DNA from: a virus
IMG/VR virus record: IMGVR_UViG_3300050821_006485
Coordinates: 37,203-101,202 of that record
Reading direction: 5' to 3' (one strand)
DNA length: 64,000 nucleotides
In this document: positions 27,926 through 37,929 of the stretch, one piece after another
Layout: each line of letters starts with the position of its first letter
Position numbering within the stretch: position 1 is the first letter of the stretch
The notes under the pieces: generated by a model
What the model was told of the DNA's origin: nothing
Seen by the model: the letters and a program-made list of their open reading frames with translations, nothing else
The model's database searches: none
Program-made: the position numbers and the translations under genes

Positions 27926-28732
27926 ATGAAACTATCTATTTCTACTTTGTTATTGCTGTTAAGTTCATACGTGGGCGCACAGTGTACGGCTACGGTACCG
28001 CCGCCCGGTACAGATTGCCAAGGGCCGGTTAATGTGGTAGGTAATCCAACAGTTCAATCTGCAACTATTTTGAAAGATAATGGAAAGCCGGTTTCTGACC
28101 CCGCCGCAAATCTTTATATCCAAACAATTTTAAATGGGATCATTCAAGAATCCGATAATGGCGGACCTTACCATTCTCTTGTCGGCCCGCAAGGACCGGC
28201 GGGACCAATAGGTTTAACTGGCGCACAGGGTCCCCAAGGTGCCGCAGGAGCAACCGGTGCTCAAGGCCCAGCAGGCCCGCAGGGACAACCTGGTCCGCAA
28301 GGCTTAGTAGGCCCCACTGGTAATACTGGTCCCGCAGGTCCGCAAGGAAACCCAGGACCAGCGGGCGTAGCCGGAGCAACTGGCCCGCAAGGTTTGCAAG
28401 GCGTACAAGGTAACCCTGGTAACGACGGAGCAGTTGGCCCGGCTGGTCCTCAAGGTGTGCCGGGCGCAACCGGCCCGGCGGGCGCTGATGGTGCCCCTGG
28501 CCCACAAGGTCCTACTGGTCAGACAGGCCCAGCAGGGACAACCGGACCACAGGGTCCGACAGGCGCAACCGGGGCTACGGGGCCGCAAGGACCTCAGGGT
28601 GTGCAAGGCGTACCAGGCATCGTCGTAGGTCAAACCTTTACTGGACTATTAACCTGCGTAGCAGATGCCCACCATTCCGTGGTGTATGGGTTCTCCACTA
28701 CGTGTACCTATAAAATAATGGCGATTAAATAG
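27926..28732 (+). CDS. Collagen-like (Gly-X-Y) protein with predicted signal peptide
   Basis: ~48 GXY triplets (GPQ/GPA/GAT); [20 protein letters not shown]; AAGGA RBS. Confidence 0.85.
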   Translation: MKLSISTLLLLLSSYVGAQCTATVPPPGTDCQGPVNVVGNPTVQSATILKDNGKPVSDPAANLYIQTILNGIIQESDNGGPYHSLVGPQGPAGPIGLTGAQGPQGAAGATGAQGPAGPQGQPGPQGLVGPTGNTGPAGPQGNPGPAGVAGATGPQGLQGVQGNPGNDGAVGPAGPQGVPGATGPAGADGAPGPQGPTGQTGPAGTTGPQGPTGATGATGPQGPQGVQGVPGIVVGQTFTGLLTCVADAHHSVVYGFSTTCTYKIMAIK

Positions 28733-29038
28733 ATGCCGATCCAGATACAGGTCAAGAGGGGTTCGCAGGCCAATATGCCTGTATTGGCCTTAGGAGAAAT
28801 GTATTTTTGCAGTGATACTAATAAGTTGTTTTTTGGAACGCCGGGCGTAGGAATTGGAAAAATACAAATTGGGGATATTACTAACGTGAATGAAACACTT
28901 TTACAATTGCTTATGGAAATGCGTAGTATTCGCCTAGCACTCGTTCAGTTAGCCTGTGAGGGTGGCCGAGCGAACCCCAGGGATTTTGATCCACAAATTT
29001 TAGCGGCGGACGCCGAAGTAGCAGTAGACGCTTTATAA
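28733..29038 (+). CDS. Small protein with Mtd-N-like motif and coiled coil
   Basis: IQVKRGSQANMP...GEMYFCSDTNKLFFG. Confidence 0.65.
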   Translation: MPIQIQVKRGSQANMPVLALGEMYFCSDTNKLFFGTPGVGIGKIQIGDITNVNETLLQLLMEMRSIRLALVQLACEGGRANPRDFDPQILAADAEVAVDAL

Positions 29039-29048
29039 GGAGATATAG

Positions 29049-29684
29049 ATGCTGTTCCAACTTAACCAAGGGCAAACGGGCAAGGCAGTTGGCCAAAATC
29101 TTGTTGCTGGGTGCGGGGAGTTTTCCGAAGTTTTAGTGACGGAGCTTCAGCCCCGATATTACGAGAACACTTATCGCGGACAAAAATTTTCCGCCCAAGT
29201 TGCTAATGCAAATCCGACTGGTGTAAGCACCGGAATATTGGGGGCTGCCGGAACACCGCTTTTACTTGTTTGGAATCCGACAGGGACCGGTAAAAATTTA
29301 GTTGTTGTGCAGACATATATCGCCATAAGGAATAACGGCACTGTTTCTCCCGGCAGCTTTGTCTGGTCGGCAGGACCTACAACCCCCGTTACGGCCAATC
29401 TTAGTCAGCCTCTTAATATGCTTACATATCAGGCTTCCGGTTCTGTGGCTAAGTTTGTAGCTAATGCCGCTGCTACTGGATTATCTGCGCTTCTTTACGT
29501 CCGACCTATTATGGGCGTTGGCGCGGCCACCACGGCGACCACTACCGGGTTTCCGCAAGGGTATGAAGAAACGGCGGGCGGACTTATCGTTCCTCCGGGA
29601 TGCGCAGCCGCCATTATTTCCACTGTAACCGGAACAGCCGCAGCCGTGGACGCAGGTATTGTGTGGGACGAAGTGGCGGTGTAA
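29049..29684 (+). CDS. Virion structural protein
   Basis: AAGGAG RBS; ELQPRYYENTYRG, WNPTGTGKNL, WDEV. Confidence 0.65.
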   Translation: MLFQLNQGQTGKAVGQNLVAGCGEFSEVLVTELQPRYYENTYRGQKFSAQVANANPTGVSTGILGAAGTPLLLVWNPTGTGKNLVVVQTYIAIRNNGTVSPGSFVWSAGPTTPVTANLSQPLNMLTYQASGSVAKFVANAAATGLSALLYVRPIMGVGAATTATTTGFPQGYEETAGGLIVPPGCAAAIISTVTGTAAAVDAGIVWDEVAV

Positions 29685-29686
29685 GC

Positions 29687-30112
29687 ATGAATGACTCAGG
29701 GGCAGCGATTAGGGATTATAAGCCAAGCGATTTTTCAGCGATTGCCACGATTCACGAAGAGTCAGGGATTGATTATAAATTGCCCGACTTGGAATCCCCG
29801 CTATTTCTCATAAAACAGGTGGCAGAATACGAAGGAAAAGTTGTGGCGGCGCTCGGAGCCTTGCTCCAAACAGAATTTTATCTTTGGCTTAGTAAAGAAG
29901 AATGGGGAACTCCAGAGCAAAAGTTTTCTGTGCTAAAAGAATTAGATGAAAGTGTGATATCTGAAGTTTGGCTAAAAGGCGTAGATTCCGCCGTACTCTA
30001 TTTACCTCCAAATATGGAACGTTTTAGTAGGAGATTAACAGAAGATTTTGGCTGGTCTACTCCGAGGCCGGGGTGGAAAGCTTTTTCAAAGACAACTGGA
30101 AGGAAGCAATGA
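29687..30112 (+). CDS. GNAT-fold acetyltransferase-like protein
   Basis: IRDYKPSDFSAIATI, VAEYEGKVVA; sits just before the putative ejection genes. Confidence 0.55.
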   Translation: MNDSGAAIRDYKPSDFSAIATIHEESGIDYKLPDLESPLFLIKQVAEYEGKVVAALGALLQTEFYLWLSKEEWGTPEQKFSVLKELDESVISEVWLKGVDSAVLYLPPNMERFSRRLTEDFGWSTPRPGWKAFSKTTGRKQ

Positions 30113-30522
30113 AAAGAGAAAAGATGTCCCCCGAGGAATATAAAATAGCCAGGGATAAGGCCAAGAAAAAGTGGAGAGAAAATAATAACGAAGAGGCGCG
30201 TGCCACCGCTACTAGGGCTAGAAGGAAAATGAGGGCGTTAGCCTATGCAAAGCTTGGGGGAAGATGCAATAGTCCAGAATGTAAATGGGTAAATTCTGAT
30301 GGTACTTTTGGTTGCACGGATGTGCGATGCCTACATATAGACCATGTAAATGGAGATGGGTACTTAGAGATACATGAAAGTGGCTATCAGTTATGTAAAA
30401 GAGCTTTAAATGACACAGAGGGTAGGTACCAACTTCTATGCTCAAATTGTAATTGGATAAAAAGAGTGATTAATGGAGAATTGTGTTTGAGGCATAGAGT
30501 TAAAAAAGTGGAGACAAAGTAA
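30109..30522 (+). CDS. HNH-type endonuclease
   Basis: LGGRC...CLHIDHVNGDG...YQLLCSNCNWIKR. Confidence 0.75.
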   Translation: MKREKMSPEEYKIARDKAKKKWRENNNEEARATATRARRKMRALAYAKLGGRCNSPECKWVNSDGTFGCTDVRCLHIDHVNGDGYLEIHESGYQLCKRALNDTEGRYQLLCSNCNWIKRVINGELCLRHRVKKVETK

Positions 30523-31184
30523 TGAAGGTATATATTGAACTTAAATACCAAATGTTGCCAGACGGCGGCTTGGAGCTTATCTCCGAAAAATCTTATGATT
30601 ATACTGGCCCTATAGCACTTTGCGATAGATGGGGACAGGGCGCGGCTAAGGACGCAGCAAACACTGCCAAGACTACTGCCGTTGGTTACGGACAAGAAGC
30701 GGGCGCAGAAGGTGCAGCACTCAATCCATTTTTTAGACAAGAAATGACGGCTGAGCACGGCTTCGATCCAACGCAGACTAATGAATTGCTAACGGCAGCA
30801 GGCGCTGGCACAGGCGGCGCAACTAGCGCCCTTACCGGCCAAGCGGAACTCGAAGCTGCTCGAACGCGCAATCCTTCAGGATTTACTAAAAGTCTCGACG
30901 AAGTTGCCCGTGACAAACAGAAAGCCTTAGCAGGTTCCTCCGAAGCAATCGCAGTGCAAGACGTATTAGGGGCTAAGCAACTGAACCAAGAAGGTGCTAG
31001 GGGTATGGAAGGGCTGTACGGAACAAATGTAAAGGGACAACTTGATGCGATGGGACAGCAGGCTCAAGATATTAACTCCGAAGTTAATGCTGGAAAATCA
31101 GGATGGTACCAAAATCTTCTGGCTGGTGTAGACGCAGGAGCTAATGTATTTAAGGCGTTATACCCCAAAGGTCTTCAGGGTTAA
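30522..31184 (+). CDS. Putative internal virion / DNA ejection protein
   Basis: YDYTGPIALC motif; A/G/Q-rich helical. Confidence 0.55.
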   Translation: MKVYIELKYQMLPDGGLELISEKSYDYTGPIALCDRWGQGAAKDAANTAKTTAVGYGQEAGAEGAALNPFFRQEMTAEHGFDPTQTNELLTAAGAGTGGATSALTGQAELEAARTRNPSGFTKSLDEVARDKQKALAGSSEAIAVQDVLGAKQLNQEGARGMEGLYGTNVKGQLDAMGQQAQDINSEVNAGKSGWYQNLLAGVDAGANVFKALYPKGLQG

Positions 31185-31193
31185 GGAGAAAAC

Positions 31194-33524
31194 ATGGCAA
31201 CAAGTTTAATGAGAAATCTCGGAGACGACGCCACGGACGCTGCTCCTCAGGACGAGTTCGCAGAAAATCAGCGCCACATAGACGAGTATAATCGGGCGCA
31301 ACTTAAGGAACAAGGTTATCCTAGTGAACAATCCGATCCTAATTTTCCTGTAAACCCTAAGTATGCCCCAGAAGTTCCTAGGATGAACAACGCAAAGATG
31401 GGTGTAGAAAACGCACCCGCTCAGCAATTTCCTGTATCTTCCACTGAGCAGTCCGCAGGGCATCCGCTTGGCACATCCTCAGTTCCTCGCATGTCTCCTC
31501 CCCAATCTTCGGCAATGAAGCCGCTGGGCGGAGAAGACTTACCGCCAGGACAATCGGAGCAATTATCTCCAGAGGAACTTAAGAAACAAGGGTATCCAGA
31601 CGCGCAATCCGATCCAAATTTTGCAGTAAATCCTAAGTACGCCCCAGAAGTTCCTAAAAAAGAAATTCATCCAGATACCAAGGCTATTATAGGGGCGCAG
31701 CGCACGATGTTGGCTAAGGAGGCCACCGATAAGGCCGCTAAGGGCGATCTATTGGGTGCGGGGAACGCCAAGATCGCTATGAATCAGTTAATGGAACACG
31801 TCGATACCGATCCATTTAAAGAAAAAGAGGCCGATCCTTATGTACAGGGCGGTGGACCTATGCGGCCAGAACCAAACGTGGCTGCTCCAGAAGCTAATGC
31901 CGCTTCTGCTCCGAATCCGGCGGATGTTACCCCGGCTTCCACAGCAATGGTACCGTTAGGCCAAGAAAAACCTCCGATGCCCGCATACACAGGTACGCAG
32001 CGCATAGGTAAGGGTACGCCGGGCGAAGCCGAGTTACACAATGATTTAGAGACTCAGCGTGGACATCTTAGAAATATCATTGCTACCGGGAATGAAACCC
32101 AAGCAGCCGAAGCTAGGTTACAACTTGCTCGATTGAACGAGATGAATCCTTATGGGTCTCCCGCAAACCACCCCGGAGCTTTGGGCCGCATTGGCCATAT
32201 TGCTGCGAAAGTTGGTAATGTGGCGGGAAACGTATTAGCCCCAGAAGTCATGGCTAATATCCCCGGTACCGATCTTAATAAACAAATACAGGTAGGACAA
32301 GCAGAGCGGGAGCTTAAGGATGCGGCTGGGCACGACCTAACGGTTGCCGAAACCGCTAAGAACCGGGCGGAAGCAAATAAACCGCCTTCGGCAGAACAAC
32401 AGTTAATTAATGCTCAGGCCGAATTGCGTGCCGCTACAACCCCAGAGGCCAAGGCCGCAGCGCAGGCTAAAGTTAACGATTTGACTGCCGCTATGGGGGC
32501 AGGCAAGGCGGCACCCAAGGATTCTTCCCCGGCGCAGCAAGCTATTGATGCCGAGGCAGCCTTAGTCGCCGCAAAGGCCACGGGTGATCCTGCAAAGATT
32601 ACTGCCGCGCAGTCTGCATTGGATAGCATAGTTAAGGGCGCACACGATGTAACGGCGGTTAAGCCGGAGACGCAGGAACAAAACAAACTTGCGTTTCAGA
32701 ACGCTATAGCCAAGGTGGCAGCAGAGGGACTCCCTACTGGTCCTAATCAACTTACTAAATCCATAAACAGTTCTAAAACACTCAAACCAGAAGAAAAGGC
32801 AGCGGCGGAAGCGTATATGGCCGCCAATCCGACACCGGCTACTAATTTAGAAGTAAAAGTAGACGCCGGAGATGAAGCCAATAAGCACGCCCTTGATAAG
32901 CACTTCCAAGGCAGCGAAGTGGTAGCAACAATGCCGGATGGTAAGCGCGTACAGATGTCTTATGGGCAGGCTAAAGAGTTAGGCCTTGATCCCAATAATT
33001 TGGAAAAGCTGAATTCTAAGCAGGCTCAAGATAACCGTGATAAACACGCTTCCATGGACAGTACTTTTAAAACCTTGGATACGTATCGAACAGATATGAA
33101 GAACGCTAAACTTAGTTCTAAAGATAGGGATGCCCTAAGGGTATTAACCGATCACGCCCCGGAGGCAACCTCTGGATTATTGGCGGGAATGTTTGATGAG
33201 ATTCCTCTTGCTGGTCCTCTGGGTAAATATGGAAATAAGTTGATGAACGGAACAATAACAAGCGATCAGTATAATGCCCTTTCATCGGCGGCACAAAAAC
33301 TTTTAGCTGACTATTACACGGCGGTTGTCGATAATTTTGCTGCTATGAAGGCACGTTTAGGTTCTGTTGGCAGAAACCCAGCTTTGATCCAGGCCGAGAA
33401 TATTACCATTCCTTTACCGTACATAGAGTGGAATGCGGTTGCTCCGGCTTTTGAAGCAAAAAGACAAACTATGTCTGGTTATACATCAGAATGGCCGGAC
33501 CTTTACAAACCTTCGAGTAAATAG
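31194..33524 (+). CDS. Putative internal virion / DNA ejection protein
   Basis: 776 aa, A/P/E/K-rich; 26-aa internal duplication; AMxPLG motifs. Confidence 0.55.
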   Translation: MATSLMRNLGDDATDAAPQDEFAENQRHIDEYNRAQLKEQGYPSEQSDPNFPVNPKYAPEVPRMNNAKMGVENAPAQQFPVSSTEQSAGHPLGTSSVPRMSPPQSSAMKPLGGEDLPPGQSEQLSPEELKKQGYPDAQSDPNFAVNPKYAPEVPKKEIHPDTKAIIGAQRTMLAKEATDKAAKGDLLGAGNAKIAMNQLMEHVDTDPFKEKEADPYVQGGGPMRPEPNVAAPEANAASAPNPADVTPASTAMVPLGQEKPPMPAYTGTQRIGKGTPGEAELHNDLETQRGHLRNIIATGNETQAAEARLQLARLNEMNPYGSPANHPGALGRIGHIAAKVGNVAGNVLAPEVMANIPGTDLNKQIQVGQAERELKDAAGHDLTVAETAKNRAEANKPPSAEQQLINAQAELRAATTPEAKAAAQAKVNDLTAAMGAGKAAPKDSSPAQQAIDAEAALVAAKATGDPAKITAAQSALDSIVKGAHDVTAVKPETQEQNKLAFQNAIAKVAAEGLPTGPNQLTKSINSSKTLKPEEKAAAEAYMAANPTPATNLEVKVDAGDEANKHALDKHFQGSEVVATMPDGKRVQMSYGQAKELGLDPNNLEKLNSKQAQDNRDKHASMDSTFKTLDTYRTDMKNAKLSSKDRDALRVLTDHAPEATSGLLAGMFDEIPLAGPLGKYGNKLMNGTITSDQYNALSSAAQKLLADYYTAVVDNFAAMKARLGSVGRNPALIQAENITIPLPYIEWNAVAPAFEAKRQTMSGYTSEWPDLYKPSSK

Positions 33525-33536
33525 AAAGGACCACCA

Positions 33537-35462
33537 ATGTCTAATGACCGTTTTGCGTGGTCAGATGAGGGGGCGAAGCAGGAAGCGCCCCCGGCTACAA
33601 ACAATATACCCGACCGTTTTACATGGAGCGATACAAAGGAAGGAACTCCTGCTCAGTCCCAGACGGCTGCTCAAGAAGAGCCTAGTTTTTTAGATAAGGC
33701 CGATGCAAATATTAATAAGGCTTTAGCGCCAAACCCTAAAAACTATAGCAGCCTTATGAGGACCAATGCTATAGAGGTTCCCAAAACTTTAGGCAGAGAA
33801 GTGTATTCTACTGCTAAGTCTGCTTTGGGGGTAATCCCCGGCATCTACCACGCATTCGCAGATGAGGCTACGCCCGAAGAAAAAGCTCAGAACGCCTCAT
33901 TTGAACAGGCGCACGGAGAAGAACCCGGAGCGGAAACCTCTGGATTTAAGCGCATCGGCTTGGGAGTCCAGCGTATGTCTGGAATACCCGCCGCTATAGA
34001 CGCGTACAAAACATACGCCAATCCTGCTACCCGCCCCACTTTAGATCAAGCTTTAAGCGTTGCTCCAGAAGCTATAGGACAGGGAGCGGGAACCGTTCTT
34101 GGAGCAGAAGCCGCAGGCAAGGCCGGAATGAAAGTGGCAGAAAAAGCTCCGGCAATATACGACAAGTACCAATTGTATAAGTTTCATGCCGATAAAGTAG
34201 GAGAAGCGAAGAAGGTCTACGATGCGGCTCAAAAAGAGGCCGACTTTTATAAGAATTCCCCAGAAGGTCCTCCAGAGGCGGTAACGAATAAGCTTGCTAA
34301 GGCCCATGCGGATTACGCGGAGGCCGCTAAGCACGCTAATAACGCCCGTAATGGTAGACCCGCACCAGCGCAAGCAAATATTACTGTGCAACCACAAGTA
34401 GATAATGCTGTGCCAACGCAAGTAGAACCTGCCGTACAAGATACGCAAATGCGGCCAGCCGCCCCTGAAACGCCCGGTAGCTTGGGTTCTCTAAAGGCAC
34501 GCGGTGGTAAAGTTGTGGATACCGATCCTCAAGGCCTAAACGAAGCCTTGAAAATGTCATTAGCTCCAGATAAGACCGCTAAGCCATTCGCCATGAAACC
34601 CCTTGGCACACCCCCGGCGGAACCCCAGGCAGTCCCGCCCATAGAAAGCCGGGCAGCGCCCCGTACCGGTGGGTTTATAGATAAGGCAGATGATGCCGTA
34701 GGCAAGGAGTTCAGGAAGAACGGGGTTGCTATGCGTCCACTTGGTTCTGCCGTTCCCGGAGACGTAAAGGAGTTCGGATTCGACTTTAGGCCCGCCGAGG
34801 ACATTGGAAATAAGATAAGGGGTGAGCAGCCGGTTAAACCTAAAGCTGAACCTAAGTCCGAACCTAAGGCGGAAGAAACTAAGCCCGCTACAGTAGAACA
34901 AACTAAAGAAGAACCGAAGAAAGAAGAACCTAGCGAAGGCCAAGAGAGTGCCGAGCAACCAGCACCAAAGGAAAAAGAAGTGGCAGTTAACCCCGAGAAC
35001 AGAACTAGGACTGAAGAAGTGGTTTCTCAACATACCGATCAAGACCTGATTAAGCTAGGAGATAAACTAGGGCTTAAGCACGATCAGTACGATTTCTCTA
35101 GACGAGATTCCCACCGCCATCGGGTTGATCGGGATCAGTATGTAAAAGATGTAATTGCTAAGATGCCGCAGAGCAAGATTGACGATATTGCCGCCAAGGC
35201 CGCCAAATACGACAAGAGCGAGCAAGAAAACAACGAATTTCCCTTCGAAGAGGCATCGAGAAGCAGTTTATCTAAGGCAGAACGAGCCCGAGCTATTATG
35301 AAGGCGCACGAAGCCGGGGAAACCGTGGGCACTAAAGAAGGTGCAACCGCCGATACCAATCACTATGAGAATGCCAAGAAGGAGCTAGGCGAAGGCGCTA
35401 GTACTTCGGACATTCTTAAAAGAGCGCAAGAGATGAAGGACCAAGCAAATAAGAAAGAGTAG
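33537..35462 (+). CDS. Putative internal virion / DNA ejection protein
   Basis: 641 aa, disordered/helical; DRFxWSD twice; AMxPLG twice. Confidence 0.55.
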   Translation: MSNDRFAWSDEGAKQEAPPATNNIPDRFTWSDTKEGTPAQSQTAAQEEPSFLDKADANINKALAPNPKNYSSLMRTNAIEVPKTLGREVYSTAKSALGVIPGIYHAFADEATPEEKAQNASFEQAHGEEPGAETSGFKRIGLGVQRMSGIPAAIDAYKTYANPATRPTLDQALSVAPEAIGQGAGTVLGAEAAGKAGMKVAEKAPAIYDKYQLYKFHADKVGEAKKVYDAAQKEADFYKNSPEGPPEAVTNKLAKAHADYAEAAKHANNARNGRPAPAQANITVQPQVDNAVPTQVEPAVQDTQMRPAAPETPGSLGSLKARGGKVVDTDPQGLNEALKMSLAPDKTAKPFAMKPLGTPPAEPQAVPPIESRAAPRTGGFIDKADDAVGKEFRKNGVAMRPLGSAVPGDVKEFGFDFRPAEDIGNKIRGEQPVKPKAEPKSEPKAEETKPATVEQTKEEPKKEEPSEGQESAEQPAPKEKEVAVNPENRTRTEEVVSQHTDQDLIKLGDKLGLKHDQYDFSRRDSHRHRVDRDQYVKDVIAKMPQSKIDDIAAKAAKYDKSEQENNEFPFEEASRSSLSKAERARAIMKAHEAGETVGTKEGATADTNHYENAKKELGEGASTSDILKRAQEMKDQANKKE

Positions 35463-35499
35463 AAACGCAAACCTGAAAGTCCCGCTTTGATGCGGGGGA

Positions 35500-36291
35500 A
35501 TGAGAATAACCAAAATGAGTCTATATGTAAAGTCTCCGTTTAAGAATAGCCCGGCCCTGATGGTCCAAGGTTCCATGTCTTATCTATTTGGCACATGGAG
35601 CGATAAAGTTGGTCCAACCCTAGGAACGGTTTTATCGGACAGCGGCAACGGTGCAACATCCACTGTTAAATTTCTAATTACGTCTGGGAACGTCCCGGTT
35701 GTAGATTCTTTGGTTACAATCGTTGGCACGGCAAATGCTGCCGGAGCCTATAACGTAACCAACGCTAGTATTTTGTCGGTGACAGCCCTAACAAATCCAG
35801 ACGCTGGTGTATACTCTATTACTTTTTCTGGAACCGGAAATAGCGCCTCGGCCACTGATTCTGGTCAGCTAATTATTCCACAACCGGAGATCGGAGACGT
35901 GCTAACTGTTGGCATTGTTGCAGCTCTACCTGCTTCATCTGCCCCCGTAGTCTCTCCCGTTGCTGGGCCTAATTCGGTTGGTAAATCGCTTAGCGCCACT
36001 GTGAAGTTTCCCGCTAACACCGTTGCTAATCCTAGCACCCTTTCTGGGGTAACTGTTGTTATCCAAGGTAGCAACACTGATTTTGACACAGATTACAACA
36101 CGATTGGCACGGTTACTACTACGGGTGCTGCCGGGCAAACGCTTAGTTGGCAAAGTGGACAAAGCGTCGGAACCGTATCTCCGGGTACCCTTGCCGCAGG
36201 TAGTGTGGACTTAATTAATTTTCGCTTTTATCGCTTTCAGGTTACCGCAGCCACGGGTGCCGGGCCAATAATTGCTAAGCTGATGCAATAA
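35500..36291 (+). CDS. Virion structural protein (start may be 35515)
   Basis: Beta-rich; VVIQGSN...FRFYRFQVT. Confidence 0.6.
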   Translation: MRITKMSLYVKSPFKNSPALMVQGSMSYLFGTWSDKVGPTLGTVLSDSGNGATSTVKFLITSGNVPVVDSLVTIVGTANAAGAYNVTNASILSVTALTNPDAGVYSITFSGTGNSASATDSGQLIIPQPEIGDVLTVGIVAALPASSAPVVSPVAGPNSVGKSLSATVKFPANTVANPSTLSGVTVVIQGSNTDFDTDYNTIGTVTTTGAAGQTLSWQSGQSVGTVSPGTLAAGSVDLINFRFYRFQVTAATGAGPIIAKLMQ

Positions 36292-36304
36292 GGAAGGAAT
36301 TACT

Positions 36305-36943
36305 ATGGCAGATACGTACCCAGAAATAGCAATAACCCCCAACCTACAGATGAGCATTACCGGTATGGCGGTAAACATTGCTCAGGATTTCCTTATCTTA
36401 GACTCCCAGTTTGGGTCTGGAGGCGGCCTGGTCACTTCCGTATTTGGTCGTAATGGAGATATCCTAGCCCTTACCGGGGATTATACCGTAGCTATGATTA
36501 CCGGCGCGGCCCCAATAGATTCCCCTTTGTTCACGGGAACACCATCTGGCCCTACCGCTCCCTTTGGCACCAACACTACGCAGTTAGCCACCACCGCTTA
36601 TGTGCAGGCCAACAAAGGCGGAGGCGGCGGAGGTAGCACGCCGGAGTCAGTTCAAACTAAATCTGCAAACGCAACTATAGGATTTGCCGGAGCTATTAAT
36701 ACCTTAGTTGAAGCCACGGCTGGAGTTGGTGGTATTACATTAACGTTGCCCACCGCCGTGGGTGTTGTTGGGCAAACTATAAGAATTATCATGGTAGATG
36801 CCGGTGCTGGTGGGGTGAATATAGTTACCACATCCAGTCAAACCATAAACGGAGCTACTACTTATAAATTAACAAATCAATGGCAAACTATTTCTATGGA
36901 GTCAGACAATGCGAACTGGGTTATCGTTTCTTCAAACGGCTAA
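36305..36943 (+). CDS. Tail-fibre-like protein
   Basis: VTSVFGRNGDI...GDYT and SPLFTGTPSGPTAPFGTNTTQLATTAYV fibre motifs. Confidence 0.75.
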   Translation: MADTYPEIAITPNLQMSITGMAVNIAQDFLILDSQFGSGGGLVTSVFGRNGDILALTGDYTVAMITGAAPIDSPLFTGTPSGPTAPFGTNTTQLATTAYVQANKGGGGGGSTPESVQTKSANATIGFAGAINTLVEATAGVGGITLTLPTAVGVVGQTIRIIMVDAGAGGVNIVTTSSQTINGATTYKLTNQWQTISMESDNANWVIVSSNG

Positions 36944-37919
36944 GTTTTTTCTACTAGCCTGTGTACTTTCTATATGTGCGGCGGGGCAAACTCCGACGCC
37001 GATTCGTGCCGTTACTACATTGCCCGCAACTTGCAAAGGAGGCAGCGCTACGGCTTCGACCGATGTGGTGTTTTTGATAACCGGAACATCGGGGGAGTTT
37101 TACAGGTGCTGGGCTTCCAATACGTGGGTTGTCATGGGTACCATGCCGTCTGACGGTGTACATGCCGGATCGGTACAACTAGGAGGCAATACTACACCCC
37201 CAGTTTTGAACTCTAATATTTTTGCTTGGATTGGCCCTAATTCCAGTTCTTTTACCTCCTGGGGCATAGAGATGCCAAGTGCTGAGCCCTCCGGCACGGT
37301 TCTTTTGGCTGTAGGCGCGGCGTCTTCTCATGTGTCTCAAGGGTCATTACTTGCGTTGCAGGGCACGGGAGCCAGCGTACAAACCGCCGGAACCGTCGCT
37401 GCCTCACAGCGTGCCGTTTGCACAGACGGAAACGCAGCGACAACTACATCTTGTCCTAAAAATGTTATGGTTTTATTTGTAACCGCCGATCAAGTTATAA
37501 GTACTACGTCCTTAAATTCAATTCCTGGATTAAGCGCAACTATTACTTCTGCTGTCCCTTCTGTTGTCTCTATGGACTGTGACATTATGTACAGCCAGCA
37601 AACATCGGCTGTAGCCGATAATTTTGGGATATCCGATACCTCTGCCCCAACTAACATAAATGCGCAAGCATCAGAAGGTACCAACTTAAACGGAGGCGGT
37701 CGAGTTGAGAGTAACATAATTGGGTTAACAACAACTGTGGCCACCAGCTTTGCTAATTTTACTCCGGCTGCTACTAATGTCGTATACAACACTCAAATTC
37801 ATATTTTGGCTGAACAACCGGCTTCTACGGCGGCCCTTAGTATTCTAGTATCGACCGGGAATGCTTCCGACTCGATTACGATTAAGCGTGGTAGCAAGTG
37901 CGTGGTAAATTTCCAGTAA
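36909..37919 (+). CDS. Fibre-like protein with predicted signal peptide
   Basis: KFFLLACVLSICAAG-QT; TTLPATC...FYRCWASNTW; ITIKRGSKC end. Confidence 0.65.
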   Translation: MRTGLSFLQTAKFFLLACVLSICAAGQTPTPIRAVTTLPATCKGGSATASTDVVFLITGTSGEFYRCWASNTWVVMGTMPSDGVHAGSVQLGGNTTPPVLNSNIFAWIGPNSSSFTSWGIEMPSAEPSGTVLLAVGAASSHVSQGSLLALQGTGASVQTAGTVAASQRAVCTDGNAATTTSCPKNVMVLFVTADQVISTTSLNSIPGLSATITSAVPSVVSMDCDIMYSQQTSAVADNFGISDTSAPTNINAQASEGTNLNGGGRVESNIIGLTTTVATSFANFTPAATNVVYNTQIHILAEQPASTAALSILVSTGNASDSITIKRGSKCVVNFQ

Positions 37920-37929
37920 GAGACTATCT

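Noticed and set aside
27276-29038. Diversity-generating retroelement suggested by Mtd-like N-termini
   Set aside because: No reverse transcriptase and no TR/VR repeat pair with adenine-specific mismatches seen in the window
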